Shown here: piece after piece, positions 38,393 through 47,404 of the stretch
Numbering within the stretch: the first letter of the stretch is position 1
How the letters are laid out: each line of letters begins with the position of its first letter
From: a virus
Taxonomy: Duplodnaviria; Caudoviricetes
Direction: 5' to 3' (one strand)
DNA: 55,310 nucleotides
Virus record (IMG/VR): IMGVR_UViG_3300039109_000093
Span: 1-55,310 of that record
Notes under the pieces: generated by a model
Seen by the model: the letters and a program-made list of their open reading frames with translations, nothing else
Told to the model about the DNA's origin: nothing
The model's database searches: none
Position numbers and translations under genes: made by a program

Positions 38393-38979
38393 CCGATGAT
38401 CCCCTTGTCGGTGTCAGTGGGCGGCGTCTGACCCTGCGGCTGGATCGCCTTGTCCTGCGTAGGACTTACATCGGCAGAATCGAGCTGGGACTGGTTGGTC
38501 GCACCCGCGCGCTCGGCCGGGTTCTCCAGACCAGCCACCGGGACGACAGCGGGCGTTGTCACCACGGAGCCGTAGGTGAACCCGGTCGTGTAGGTCCCCA
38601 GGTTGAACGCGGCGGTCAGCGGCACCACCGTGTGAGTGTGACCGACCTCGGCCTGCCGGACCACCACGATGCCCGACCCGGCGCCGACCATGGTCAGCAC
38701 GTTGTTCTCGTTCTCCCCGGACCCGACAGACAGTGAGGCGACCTTGACCACGGCTCCAGCACTGCCGTCCAAGGGGCCCCAGAGGTCCGAGCCGGTCTCC
38801 AGGGTGGTCTTGCCGGGGATGACGTCAGCCTCAACCTCCGCGAAGGTGGTGCCACCGCCCGTCAGCGCGGTGAAGTCGATGACCGCACCGTCCGTCCAGG
38901 TGACGGCGACGGTCTGGCTCAGCCAGCTACCGCCCTCAAGATCGGTCCAGCGGTAGGTAACTGCGGGCCACACCATCAC
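38389..38979 (-). CDS. hypothetical (possible head accessory) protein
   Basis: 196 aa; AGGAGG upstream; overlaps the protease stop. Confidence 0.6.
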   Translation of the reverse strand: MMVWPAVTYRWTDLEGGSWLSQTVAVTWTDGAVIDFTALTGGGTTFAEVEADVIPGKTTLETGSDLWGPLDGSAGAVVKVASLSVGSGENENNVLTMVGAGSGIVVVRQAEVGHTHTVVPLTAAFNLGTYTTGFTYGSVVTTPAVVPVAGLENPAERAGATNQSQLDSADVSPTQDKAIQPQGQTPPTDTDKGIIG

Positions 38980-40442
38980 GTGCCTCCTGTTGCGTTGGCG
39001 TACTGGACGATCTGGGCCACCATGGTGACGGCCTCTTCCTCACTGAGTCCAGTGAGGGATGCTTCCTGCCCCTCGATATGCATGGCGGCCTGGCGCATCA
39101 CGCTGGCGTTGGCACCGCTCCAGCCCGGCCGGAGACCGCCCAGTATGACAGCTCCACCGAGGAAGCTGGGGTCCTTGAACTGCCGGTTACCGCCCTGCTT
39201 GACGTGCGCGCACCGGGTCTGCGGCTGGAGCATGTACTCGCCGTAGGCCTGGGTGTGCGAACACCCGGGCTGGAGGCAGGCCACCTCGCGGGACACGCAC
39301 TCCATGGACTGCCAGAGCTTGCGCTCGTCGCTGGCGTGCGCGATCTGGCGCGCCTCGGTCGGGTACAGGTAGCGCCAGACCGGCGCCAGCGTCCGGATGT
39401 GGGTGTTCGGCGGCTCCACGCCCATCGCCGCAGCGGCCTGCCGGTCCCCGTCGCCCACCAGTACCAACTTGGCTGCCGCGATGGTCCCGATGATGTGCCG
39501 CTCCTCGTGCAGCCAGTTCAGCGGCCCGTGCGGCACGGTGGGCTCGCCCATCTCCAGGTCCTGGGTGGACCAGGCCGCCTTGTTCCGGTTGGGCCGGTCA
39601 GCCTCCACGTAGCGGCCTTCGATCCACAGGAAGTGCGGATTCTGCGCGGACGCCTTCTCCCAAGCCGCCGCAAGCTCGCGCGGCATGTCGTCGCCGGGCT
39701 GGCTGAACACGCTGGCCGGAGCGGTGAGGATGGTCTTGTCGCCGAGCTGCGTCACGAACGCCACGGTGCGAACGGGCGTTGGCAGAGTCACTTCGGGCTC
39801 TCGCTCCCGAGCCTCCAGCCGCTTCACGGTGACGAAGTTGGTGTCCGCGTCACCGTCCCCGGTGTTCTGGTGCACCTCGTCGTCGGCCGCATAGCCGCAC
39901 AGCGCGCAGAGCTTGTAGGCCGCGTCCACGCTGTTCAGGCCCTCCAGCGCCTGGAACGGGTGCCGCTGGAGCACGATCTCGCCGTAGCCCTCCTTCGGGC
40001 CCGCACCTGTGCCGGGACTGACGATCACCTCGTTGCCATCACCCTCGGCTGCCACCTGGACGCCACGTGCCTCGGTGCCGTAGCCCATCCCCGAGGGCAT
40101 CCCGGGCGTGTGGCAACTGGCGCCCATGGACTGACCGCAGGCCACGCAGGGGATCTGGTTGAACGCAGTGCTGCCGGAGGAGTAGGCGTGCGACCGACGC
40201 GGCTGGGTCATCCGACGTCCGGTAGCCAGACCTCCCATGTCAGCCGACAGGAGCCGGATGCCGTCCCCGCTGGCGCTGCCGCCCATCAGGTGGTTCACCC
40301 CGCCCTTGGCCGGGTTGACGTGCGACGGGTCGTTGGCCGGAAGACCGCACTGAGCACAGGCCGGAAGGCTCTGCGGGAACATGAATCCGTGCGGCCGGGC
40401 GCTCATGTCCACGGCTGCCTTCTGGGTGATCGGCTCACTCAT
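38976..40442 (-). CDS. capsid maturation protease with three N-terminal H-CxxC-H repeats
   Basis: After portal; NRNKAAW...LNWLH...IIG...SMEC...FLGGAVI pattern of prohead proteases. Confidence 0.75.
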   Translation of the reverse strand: MSEPITQKAAVDMSARPHGFMFPQSLPACAQCGLPANDPSHVNPAKGGVNHLMGGSASGDGIRLLSADMGGLATGRRMTQPRRSHAYSSGSTAFNQIPCVACGQSMGASCHTPGMPSGMGYGTEARGVQVAAEGDGNEVIVSPGTGAGPKEGYGEIVLQRHPFQALEGLNSVDAAYKLCALCGYAADDEVHQNTGDGDADTNFVTVKRLEAREREPEVTLPTPVRTVAFVTQLGDKTILTAPASVFSQPGDDMPRELAAAWEKASAQNPHFLWIEGRYVEADRPNRNKAAWSTQDLEMGEPTVPHGPLNWLHEERHIIGTIAAAKLVLVGDGDRQAAAAMGVEPPNTHIRTLAPVWRYLYPTEARQIAHASDERKLWQSMECVSREVACLQPGCSHTQAYGEYMLQPQTRCAHVKQGGNRQFKDPSFLGGAVILGGLRPGWSGANASVMRQAAMHIEGQEASLTGLSEEEAVTMVAQIVQYANATGGT

Positions 40443-42094
40443 GACGTTTTGCCCTTCGTGGACTGCTGGCCGGATGCCGAGGCGGCAGGCGCCTTGGTGA
40501 CGTTCTTGGTGGGAGTGCCTCCGCCTGCTGGACGGCCACCACGAGCTCCAGCAGCTCCTTGCGCAACGGGTGGGGCGCCAGAAGCCGCTCCAGTACCGCC
40601 ACCCCCGCCATTGGCACTGAAAGGCACCATCGTCTGGAAGATGTCATCCAGTCCACTGTCAGCCTCCAGGTCGCGGCGCATGGCCTCCACCGCCTGGTCG
40701 AAGCCGAAGTACTCCAGCACCGACTCGCGGGACAGCTCGTTCATCGTGCGCAGGCTGATGATCGACTGGGCCCAGCCGGTGTCGTCGTCCAGCGCCACAT
40801 GGGACGGCACGAAAGCCAGGTTGGGCTGGTCCTTGAAGACGCCCGCATTCCTGGGGTGCTCCACGATGGCCTTGGCGATCTCGCGCTCCAGGAACCTGCG
40901 CAGCATGTGCCGCTTGTTCTCCAGCCCGCGCGCCACCAGGCGACCTTGCTGGAGGGAGTTGTCGCCACGGTTGCCTGACCGGGAGCCGGATGCCGCAAAC
41001 AGCCCCAGCACCGCTTGGGTGATGCGGTTGTCCAGCACGTCGTACTTCTCCGGCGACAGGGTGAAGTCCTGCTTGGGAGTGATGATCTCGATCTCCAGCC
41101 GGTGATCGGAGATGATCACCGGCAGCTTGGCGACGTAGTCGAAGTTCTCCTGGAGATTGGCGATCTCCTCGGGGTAGGCCGGGTCCTCCTTGGAGCCCTT
41201 CTTCACCAGCAGGATGTAGTTGGCCGCGCCGATGAGGTTGACCCGGTCGGCCTCCATGAGCTGCTGCTTGAGGTCGAGCAGCTTGAACACCCGCTTGAGT
41301 CGGATGTCGGGAAACCGCAGGTGGTCCGGCTTGGTCTGGCTATGCCGCTTCACCAGGTCCGGATTGAGCAGCACCAGCCGAGAGACGTCCACCCCGAGGG
41401 CGGTGAGCTCCTGGAGCTCGTACGGGTCGGCCACCATGTACTGGCCGCTGTAGAAACGCTCCATCAGCTCGTCCATCAAGGTGCCGTCCATCACCGAGTA
41501 GTACTGGCTGATCTCCTGTGGAGTTGCCTGCCAGGCAAGGGATTCCTGCCCGAAGGCCATCATTCCCACCGGCACGATCTTCAGCGAGTCCAGCGTCGTG
41601 ATGGCCTTGGGGTACCAGACGTCGTAGGACAGCTTGCGCTGGTTGCCCTTCTTGGTCTTGCCGCGCACCTTGAAGGTCCCCTGCCCCCACCAGAAGCCCA
41701 CACAGACTTGAGAGTATGTAAAAGTCTCGCGGTACATCTTGCGCACCAGCGCATCCATGTCGATCTCGGCGCTGATCTGGTTGAAGACGTCGGCCTCGTC
41801 CGGCTCCGAGGACTCCCACTTGATCCCCTGGAACGCCAGCGACTCGGTCAGCTCCGCGATGCCACCGACGATGTCGTCGTTCTGCACGGCGGTACGGGCG
41901 ATGGACATCTGGCGGTACTGGTTGTCCGGTGCCACGTAGGCGCCACGGTCGAACATCGAAGAGCGGTTGGTCGCGGCCCTGGCATTGTCGACCCACCGGG
42001 AGAGCTGGGCAGCCATCTGACGCATCTTGGGGTCGAGCTCGTCCTGCGTCGCAGGCAGAACATCCCCGCTGTAGACCACGTCAACCTGCGCCAT
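40439..42094 (-). CDS. portal protein
   Basis: 551 aa from MAQVDVV with GGGAGA RBS; between TerL and protease; C-terminal GGRPAG low-complexity tail. Confidence 0.85.
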   Translation of the reverse strand: MAQVDVVYSGDVLPATQDELDPKMRQMAAQLSRWVDNARAATNRSSMFDRGAYVAPDNQYRQMSIARTAVQNDDIVGGIAELTESLAFQGIKWESSEPDEADVFNQISAEIDMDALVRKMYRETFTYSQVCVGFWWGQGTFKVRGKTKKGNQRKLSYDVWYPKAITTLDSLKIVPVGMMAFGQESLAWQATPQEISQYYSVMDGTLMDELMERFYSGQYMVADPYELQELTALGVDVSRLVLLNPDLVKRHSQTKPDHLRFPDIRLKRVFKLLDLKQQLMEADRVNLIGAANYILLVKKGSKEDPAYPEEIANLQENFDYVAKLPVIISDHRLEIEIITPKQDFTLSPEKYDVLDNRITQAVLGLFAASGSRSGNRGDNSLQQGRLVARGLENKRHMLRRFLEREIAKAIVEHPRNAGVFKDQPNLAFVPSHVALDDDTGWAQSIISLRTMNELSRESVLEYFGFDQAVEAMRRDLEADSGLDDIFQTMVPFSANGGGGGTGAASGAPPVAQGAAGARGGRPAGGGTPTKNVTKAPAASASGQQSTKGKTS

Positions 42095-42102
42095 CGTTCT
42101 CC

Positions 42103-42576
42103 CTATCGGACCATGTCGAGGTCTTGCCGCATCAGGGCGATGCGACTCGTATTGAGGCGGTACTGCCTGTCTAACTCCTCCAGGATCGGGGTTACTTGTT
42201 GAGTTCTCAGTCTTGTGTATTGCCGGTCGTGGGACTCCACGAGCTGGAGGTCGGTCCACAGTTCCGTGAGCCGGGCCGAGAAGGCGGAGGACTCCACCAG
42301 TACCTGGTCGGGCTGCTTGGAGTGCCAGGTCCGGATGGCGGCCTTGACGCCCGCGAGCTCCATGAGGATCTCGACCCTGGTGCCAATGGCCGCCGCCAGC
42401 CGCACCGGGTCCTCGAAGGCCGACATCAGGCTGGTGGGACCGCTCGTGACCGTGCTAACGCCCGTTCGCAGGGGGGGCATCCCGTCGCTCAGGGCCGCCA
42501 GCAGTACGGGATCGACCGGAGCCTGGCTGACGAAGCCGGACTCCTGGTCACCCTTCATCGTTGCCACGGGACACAT
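42103..42576 (-). CDS. hypothetical helical protein between TerL and portal
   Basis: AAGGAG RBS before MCPVATMKG; helical C-terminal half. Confidence 0.65.
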   Translation of the reverse strand: MCPVATMKGDQESGFVSQAPVDPVLLAALSDGMPPLRTGVSTVTSGPTSLMSAFEDPVRLAAAIGTRVEILMELAGVKAAIRTWHSKQPDQVLVESSAFSARLTELWTDLQLVESHDRQYTRLRTQQVTPILEELDRQYRLNTSRIALMRQDLDMVR

Positions 42577-42682
42577 GCTCACTCCTTCGGTTGGGAGCAG
42601 CTCGAAACCGACGAGAACTGCTCGATTCTGCTCGATTCTGGTCCATCCATGCAGGTCAGAGGCTATGCGGCTGGTCCGACAG

Positions 42683-45370
42683 TTAGTTGCCCATAAAGGC
42701 GTCCAGCACCGGCCCGTTGCGCCGGGTGCGACCCATGACCTGCTCGATACCGTCCAGGCTCTTGCCCAGCACGGCCAGCTTGGCAGCATCCATGGTGTGG
42801 AAGCTGCTTCCACCCCCGTAGCGGGCCACCTTGCGGCCCTTGTCACTGGCATCCCGGGCATACACGATCACCTGGCCCTGGAACTCGCCCAGCAGCTCGG
42901 TGTCGTAGGGCAGCTCCATCATGCCGCCGTCCACCAGGCTCCGAAGCTCGTCCGTGGCGTGCTCGATGATGTTCTTCTCGATGACGGCGTCTTCGGGCTT
43001 CTCCCGACGCTCCAGCGGCCGGTCATCGAACGCCACAGCTCGCTTCTCCGAGAATCCGTAGCCCTTGATGCGCACCGCGTGCTTATGCAACCGCCCGCCC
43101 CTAGTGGTCTCCTGCCAGATCGGCAGCCCCAGCCCAGTGTTGTGCGTCAGCAGGTGATGCCGCGTCACGTATAGATGGTCCTCTGCCGCCACCCTGATGC
43201 AGACCGAGTCCTCCTCGCCGTCAGGTTCGATGCTGGCGATGTACCGCTTCAATGGTCGTACCCGCGCCACGACGGCGTCTCTCTTGCGAGAGAGACGAAA
43301 CGGAATCAGCCCTTCCGGCATGGCGATGCTTGCTCGATATGCCGTCCGTCCGGCCTTGCCGTTGCAACTGGTCGCGTGGGCTGCGTAACGGGCCGATCCG
43401 CCGAGGGACTCCACCAACGTAACGACATCCTTGATCAACTGCTCCGAAGATGACCTGATGCCGCAGGACGACCGTCCATGCTGGACGCTCACCCAGCCGT
43501 CGGTGTCCATGATCCCCTGGAGCAGGAGTAGGCGGTCCGCCCAGGGTGCCGTCAGGTACTCGGACGGCACGGCCTTCTCGTGCGAACGCTTGCCCGCCAG
43601 GTCCAACTCGCGCAGGCTTGCAAGAAGGCCGCACGACGGCGGGAACTGACCCTTGGCGTTCCGTGCCCTAACGGGTTCGACCACCTGGTAGTTGCACCGG
43701 TCGGTGTGTCTCAAGACGTGGCCATCCGGAAGGCGACCCTCTACCTCTGCGAGGATCTCCGGGTCGACGCTGGAGAAGCGGACACCAGTCTTGCGGAGGT
43801 TGCCATCTCCGAGCAGGGCGCCCAGCAGGTATGGATCAACGGGCCTCTCGCCACTCCCCGCTAGATCGGCGGGAGCTGACAGCATCGGCACCGTCCAGTA
43901 GTTCTGTGACGCACCCGGCAGGGTTGCGGCGATCTGTTCAGTAGTCATCACAGCGGGATCACGATGCTGCGTGTGGTGCACAGTCCAAAGGTGCTCGGGA
44001 CCACACCGCGTCCACGAGCCATCAGAGCAGGTAACTCGCATGACCCGTCGGTCTTCCTGGGGATACACGCCAGTCACCAAGGTGGGCTTGCCGTCCGACC
44101 CGATCACCTCATCACCAACTCGGAGAGAGCCAATGGCCCTCCATCCACCCGGAGTGAGTACCGGCTCGCTGACCGGCTGCATCTTGTCCAAGGCGAGGCT
44201 CTTGAGTCGGTCGCCGTAGAAGTCGGCCACCGCCATAATGACAGCCGCCTGGTCCACCGCCGAGATGCGCATCATGTGAATGCGCGTCAGTAGCCGCAGC
44301 ACATCCTTCTCACCAACCTTGATCAGCCCGAACACCAACAGCTCGCTAGGGTCGTTCGTCATGCCGATGTCCATCCCGGCCCAGTAGCTCTTGTACCCAG
44401 GCAGCAGGTGACTGGCAGGGAGCTTCAGGTGACCCTCAATAGGCATCCCCGAGTGCTCAACGAACTCATATTCCAGCTTACGCTTGGCGTAGACGTTCTC
44501 GTTGTATTCCGTAGCCCAGGTGGACTCGCTCATCCGAACGCAAGCCATGAGCCGCGCTAGGACCAGTACTGGGGAACTGATGTCACCATGTTCCCCCAGG
44601 ATGTTCCTTTTATAGTCAGGATTGTCCCGTGAACCACCGTACAGGGCGATCTTCTTGCGACGCTCCTCGGCGTTCCAGCCCGGACGGTGCATGGCCATGT
44701 AGCGATGCACATAGAACGGCAGATCAGGGTTGTCGTGCTGAGTAATGCGGTAGAACATATCCCGGACACCACGAGAAACGCCATGGACCCGCCACTGGCT
44801 ACCAGGCGTGTCCTTCATCGTTTCGATCAGCTCTAGCCAGCCCTGCTCAGGGAAGTCTTGACCCTCATCGAGCTCCACCCTATGGGCGTGCTGTCCTTTG
44901 ACGCCCGATCCAGTAGGCCCCGGTAAACGCCCCATGATGACAGCCCCGTTGATGAAAGTAGCCTGGAACTGCGGCTGATGTTTGATGCCACCGCCCTTCT
45001 GTCGAGGCAGCATCTCCCGACCTAAACGCACACGCATGAACAATCCCTCAATTTTGTCCACGATAGGCCCGAGGTGGTTGAGCTGCGGCGCCGTGATGAG
45101 CATCTCCTGGCCGGGGAAGTTGAACGGGAAGGCGAACGCCCGTAGCTGCACGCCAAGTGACTTGCCTAAATCGCGCCCCGCATGCTCGACCTGATACCGC
45201 TCCTCGCTGGTGTAGAGGCTCCACTGGTAATCCCTGACCCGAAAGCAAGGGTCGGGTTTGCCCGGCGTCTCGTCCAACATGCAGAACTCGGCCAGTTCGA
45301 TCCCAGACGGGTCATCCAAGATCGCCGCCAAATACTTCTCGTCTTCGTCCAAGTCGGGAATAGCTGTCAT
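42683..45370 (-). CDS. terL: terminase large subunit containing an intein
   Basis: RDYQW; Walker A AGRDLGKS; Walker B VELDE; nuclease GMDIG...DP, DK|TGLG, HTMDA. Confidence 0.92.
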   Translation of the reverse strand: MTAIPDLDEDEKYLAAILDDPSGIELAEFCMLDETPGKPDPCFRVRDYQWSLYTSEERYQVEHAGRDLGKSLGVQLRAFAFPFNFPGQEMLITAPQLNHLGPIVDKIEGLFMRVRLGREMLPRQKGGGIKHQPQFQATFINGAVIMGRLPGPTGSGVKGQHAHRVELDEGQDFPEQGWLELIETMKDTPGSQWRVHGVSRGVRDMFYRITQHDNPDLPFYVHRYMAMHRPGWNAEERRKKIALYGGSRDNPDYKRNILGEHGDISSPVLVLARLMACVRMSESTWATEYNENVYAKRKLEYEFVEHSGMPIEGHLKLPASHLLPGYKSYWAGMDIGMTNDPSELLVFGLIKVGEKDVLRLLTRIHMMRISAVDQAAVIMAVADFYGDRLKSLALDKMQPVSEPVLTPGGWRAIGSLRVGDEVIGSDGKPTLVTGVYPQEDRRVMRVTCSDGSWTRCGPEHLWTVHHTQHRDPAVMTTEQIAATLPGASQNYWTVPMLSAPADLAGSGERPVDPYLLGALLGDGNLRKTGVRFSSVDPEILAEVEGRLPDGHVLRHTDRCNYQVVEPVRARNAKGQFPPSCGLLASLRELDLAGKRSHEKAVPSEYLTAPWADRLLLLQGIMDTDGWVSVQHGRSSCGIRSSSEQLIKDVVTLVESLGGSARYAAHATSCNGKAGRTAYRASIAMPEGLIPFRLSRKRDAVVARVRPLKRYIASIEPDGEEDSVCIRVAAEDHLYVTRHHLLTHNTGLGLPIWQETTRGGRLHKHAVRIKGYGFSEKRAVAFDDRPLERREKPEDAVIEKNIIEHATDELRSLVDGGMMELPYDTELLGEFQGQVIVYARDASDKGRKVARYGGGSSFHTMDAAKLAVLGKSLDGIEQVMGRTRRNGPVLDAFMGN
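43139..44182 (-). mobile_element. class-3 intein with LAGLIDADG homing endonuclease (348 aa)
   Basis: Starts MQPVSEPVLTP and ends LLTHN|T; WCT triplet (EHLW, SVCI, THN); LLGALLGDG and LQGIMDTDG. Confidence 0.9.
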
Positions 45371-45389
45371 GCCGGAACCAGATCTTCTC

Positions 45390-45941
45390 TCATGATGGCT
45401 TCTTTCCGGACAGGCGCTTCATGACACCGATGGACAGGTTCGGTCGTTCCGTCATGATCTCCCCGAGAACCTGCTGGACGTACAGGACCCGCCACTCCAG
45501 GAAGAAGGCCGGGTTGATCCGGCACCCGACAGCGATCTTGTCGAGCACGTAGAGATCGAGCTGCATGTGGGAGTAGTCGCCACGCAGCAGCTCGGACAGA
45601 CGCCGGTCGCTGATCCCGGTCTTGATGCCCATGGCCCGTATGCTGCGGTCGCCCTGCAACTCCTTGAAGGCCACCGGAAATGGGTCCACGCTGAACTGTG
45701 GGGTGATCATCTTCCACAGGTCTGCCAGGTTGGCGTTCCTTGGCATCGTACGGCGGCCGTCGAGACGCTGCCCGGTCTCTCGCTTGCGGTCGTCGTACTT
45801 CGTCACCACGTAGATGTCACCCAAGATCTGGTGCATCACGTCCGGACGCCGATCAAAGAAATCGACCCATTCCTCGACGCCATGCTTGACGCTGGGATAC
45901 GTCTCGCGGGCGTTCTGCCAGTCCGACACCTTCTGGACCAT
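45390..45941 (-). CDS. XRE-like HTH DNA-binding protein
   Basis: SIRAMGIKTGISDRRLSELLRG...LDKIAVGCRINPAFF. Confidence 0.75.
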   Translation of the reverse strand: MVQKVSDWQNARETYPSVKHGVEEWVDFFDRRPDVMHQILGDIYVVTKYDDRKRETGQRLDGRRTMPRNANLADLWKMITPQFSVDPFPVAFKELQGDRSIRAMGIKTGISDRRLSELLRGDYSHMQLDLYVLDKIAVGCRINPAFFLEWRVLYVQQVLGEIMTERPNLSIGVMKRLSGKKPS

Positions 45942-45943
45942 GG

Positions 45944-46597
45944 CTACAGCTCCCGCAGCCAGGCGCGTTGATTCTGGCGCCAGGCGGTGTCGATGGCATC
46001 GAACTCGGGGCGCATGACCTCACGGACCCAGTCCAGGATGTCGTCCGGCTTCTCCAAGCCCAGCTTGAACCGTTCCACCTCATCGGACCTGTCGTAGGCA
46101 CCCACCATGGAGAAGAGCTGGTTGATCAGCGACAGCGCCTTGTGGACCTGCTTCTCGCGGTGGATGCCGTGCTCCCGTGCCCGGGCCTTGAGATTGACGA
46201 TGTAGGACCCCACGGAGGTGAAGGCGTCCTTCTCGCGCTGCGCCTTGGTCAAGCCCAGGTCGTTCTTGATGGTCGAGATCAGCGGCGAGTTCTCCTTGAT
46301 GACCTTCCGGCAGTCCGCTTCCTCGCCGGGCCCCAGGATCTCCTTGTAGTAGTTCTTCCCCGAGGCCAGCCAGCAGGTGGCCCGGTAGACCAGCAGCTCC
46401 ATGAACAGCATCCGGTCCAGGTCCTGGAGATCAGAGACGGCCGAGAAGGTGTTCTCCGTCGTGTACTTCTTCTGCTGCTCGTTGTAGAAGTCCCGCTCGG
46501 CCGTGCCCTGGACGATGATCTCCTGTCCGGAGAGCATCTTGACGGTGAACCCACGCGGGCCTGCCGAGCTGGACTGGAGCGAGCTGGTGATGGTCAC
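45944..46597 (-). CDS. putative terminase small subunit
   Basis: Helical; DLGLTKAQR motif; upstream of TerL. Confidence 0.62.
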   Translation of the reverse strand: MTITSSLQSSSAGPRGFTVKMLSGQEIIVQGTAERDFYNEQQKKYTTENTFSAVSDLQDLDRMLFMELLVYRATCWLASGKNYYKEILGPGEEADCRKVIKENSPLISTIKNDLGLTKAQREKDAFTSVGSYIVNLKARAREHGIHREKQVHKALSLINQLFSMVGAYDRSDEVERFKLGLEKPDDILDWVREVMRPEFDAIDTAWRQNQRAWLREL

Positions 46598-46664
46598 GGC
46601 CCGACTGTAGACGACAACGCCCGTTGCCGCCCCAGCATCCGGGGCAGATGTTGCTGGCGTGTCG

Positions 46665-46738
46665 TGCCTTCCGAGAGACTCGAACTCTCAACCTGCCCGC
46701 TTTAGAGGCGGGCCGCTCTGCCATTGAGCTAGAAAGGC
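46665..46738 (-). tRNA. tRNA with CUA anticodon (amber suppressor-like)
   Basis: GCCTTTC/GGAAGGC acceptor; GCTC/GAGC D arm; GCCCGC-CTCTAAA-GCGGGC anticodon arm; GAGAG-TTCGAGT-CTCTC T arm; no encoded CCA. Confidence 0.85.
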
Positions 46739-46739
46739 T

Positions 46740-46790
46740 TGGTGCCCCCGCCAGGAGTCGAACCTGGCCACCCGAAGGTAACCAGGACTC
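46740..46790 (-). pseudogene. 3' half of a tRNA
   Basis: TTCG-capped hairpin, then CCAGG-TTCGACT-CCTGG-CGGGGGC-A-CCA; no matching 5' half upstream. Confidence 0.65.
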
Positions 46791-46949
46791 CGCGCCCTCC
46801 CAGACGACGTCGATGAAGAACTCATTGGTGTCGCACGTGACGCTCCTCACCTGACCATGAACCTGGTGAGTGAAGGGCGAGTTCTTGAGGCGGACCCGTT
46901 GGCCGATCTCGAAGTGCCAGCTCCAACCGGCAGTTGATCCCGTGCTCAC
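46780..46949 (-). pseudogene. small SH3-like gene running into the half-tRNA
   Basis: GTG overlaps the RusA stop; FEIGQRVRL...GQV...IDVVWEG, then reads through tRNA sequence without a stop. Confidence 0.45.
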
Positions 46950-47404
46950 AGCGCCACCACCCTCAAGACGAACCGGGCACTCCCCCTGGTAGGCAAGGTC
47001 TTCTGGGCTGGGTGAATGAACGGCCAAGTGCGCTCGACGTATGTCTCGTCGTCATCTGGAATGACTTTGGCATCCATCAAACCGTCGCAACAATATTTTA
47101 TTGCATATGCAAGGTTATCTTGATCGCGGGTACGAACAGTCGCTGGAATGTAGTGCAGCTCCACCCTGATGCGTCGACAAGGCGGAATCCGTTGAGCCCT
47201 AGCAAGTACATGCACCGCATCCCGCCAAGCCTTGGCCTTCCTGGCTTTTACGGCCCAGTGCTCCCTGTCGTTGAGGTTGGGAATCTCAGCCACGGTCTGA
47301 AACGGCAGATGCAGGCTCCACTCGCCCTGTAGCTGTCGGACTACCGGCACGGCCGCATCAGGCCGGACCGCAGCCGGGACGTCGACACGGAGGCCCTTCA
47401 CCAC
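46946..47404 (-). CDS. RusA-like Holliday junction resolvase
   Basis: PNLN...RDQDNL...KYCCDGL...VIPDD catalytic pattern. Confidence 0.82.
   Translation of the reverse strand: MVKGLRVDVPAAVRPDAAVPVVRQLQGEWSLHLPFQTVAEIPNLNDREHWAVKARKAKAWRDAVHVLARAQRIPPCRRIRVELHYIPATVRTRDQDNLAYAIKYCCDGLMDAKVIPDDDETYVERTWPFIHPAQKTLPTRGSARFVLRVVAL

Noticed and set aside
11845-41105. Long plus-strand ORFs (e.g. 11845..14253, 22554..24605, 39078..41105)
   Set aside because: Antisense shadows of high-GC minus-strand genes, with no recognisable motifs
46665-46738. True pyrrolysine tRNA or genome-wide TAG recoding
   Set aside because: D and T loops are canonical, no pyl genes are present, and TAG readthrough at TerS, chaperone, 8690 and 34526 gives no in-frame fusion
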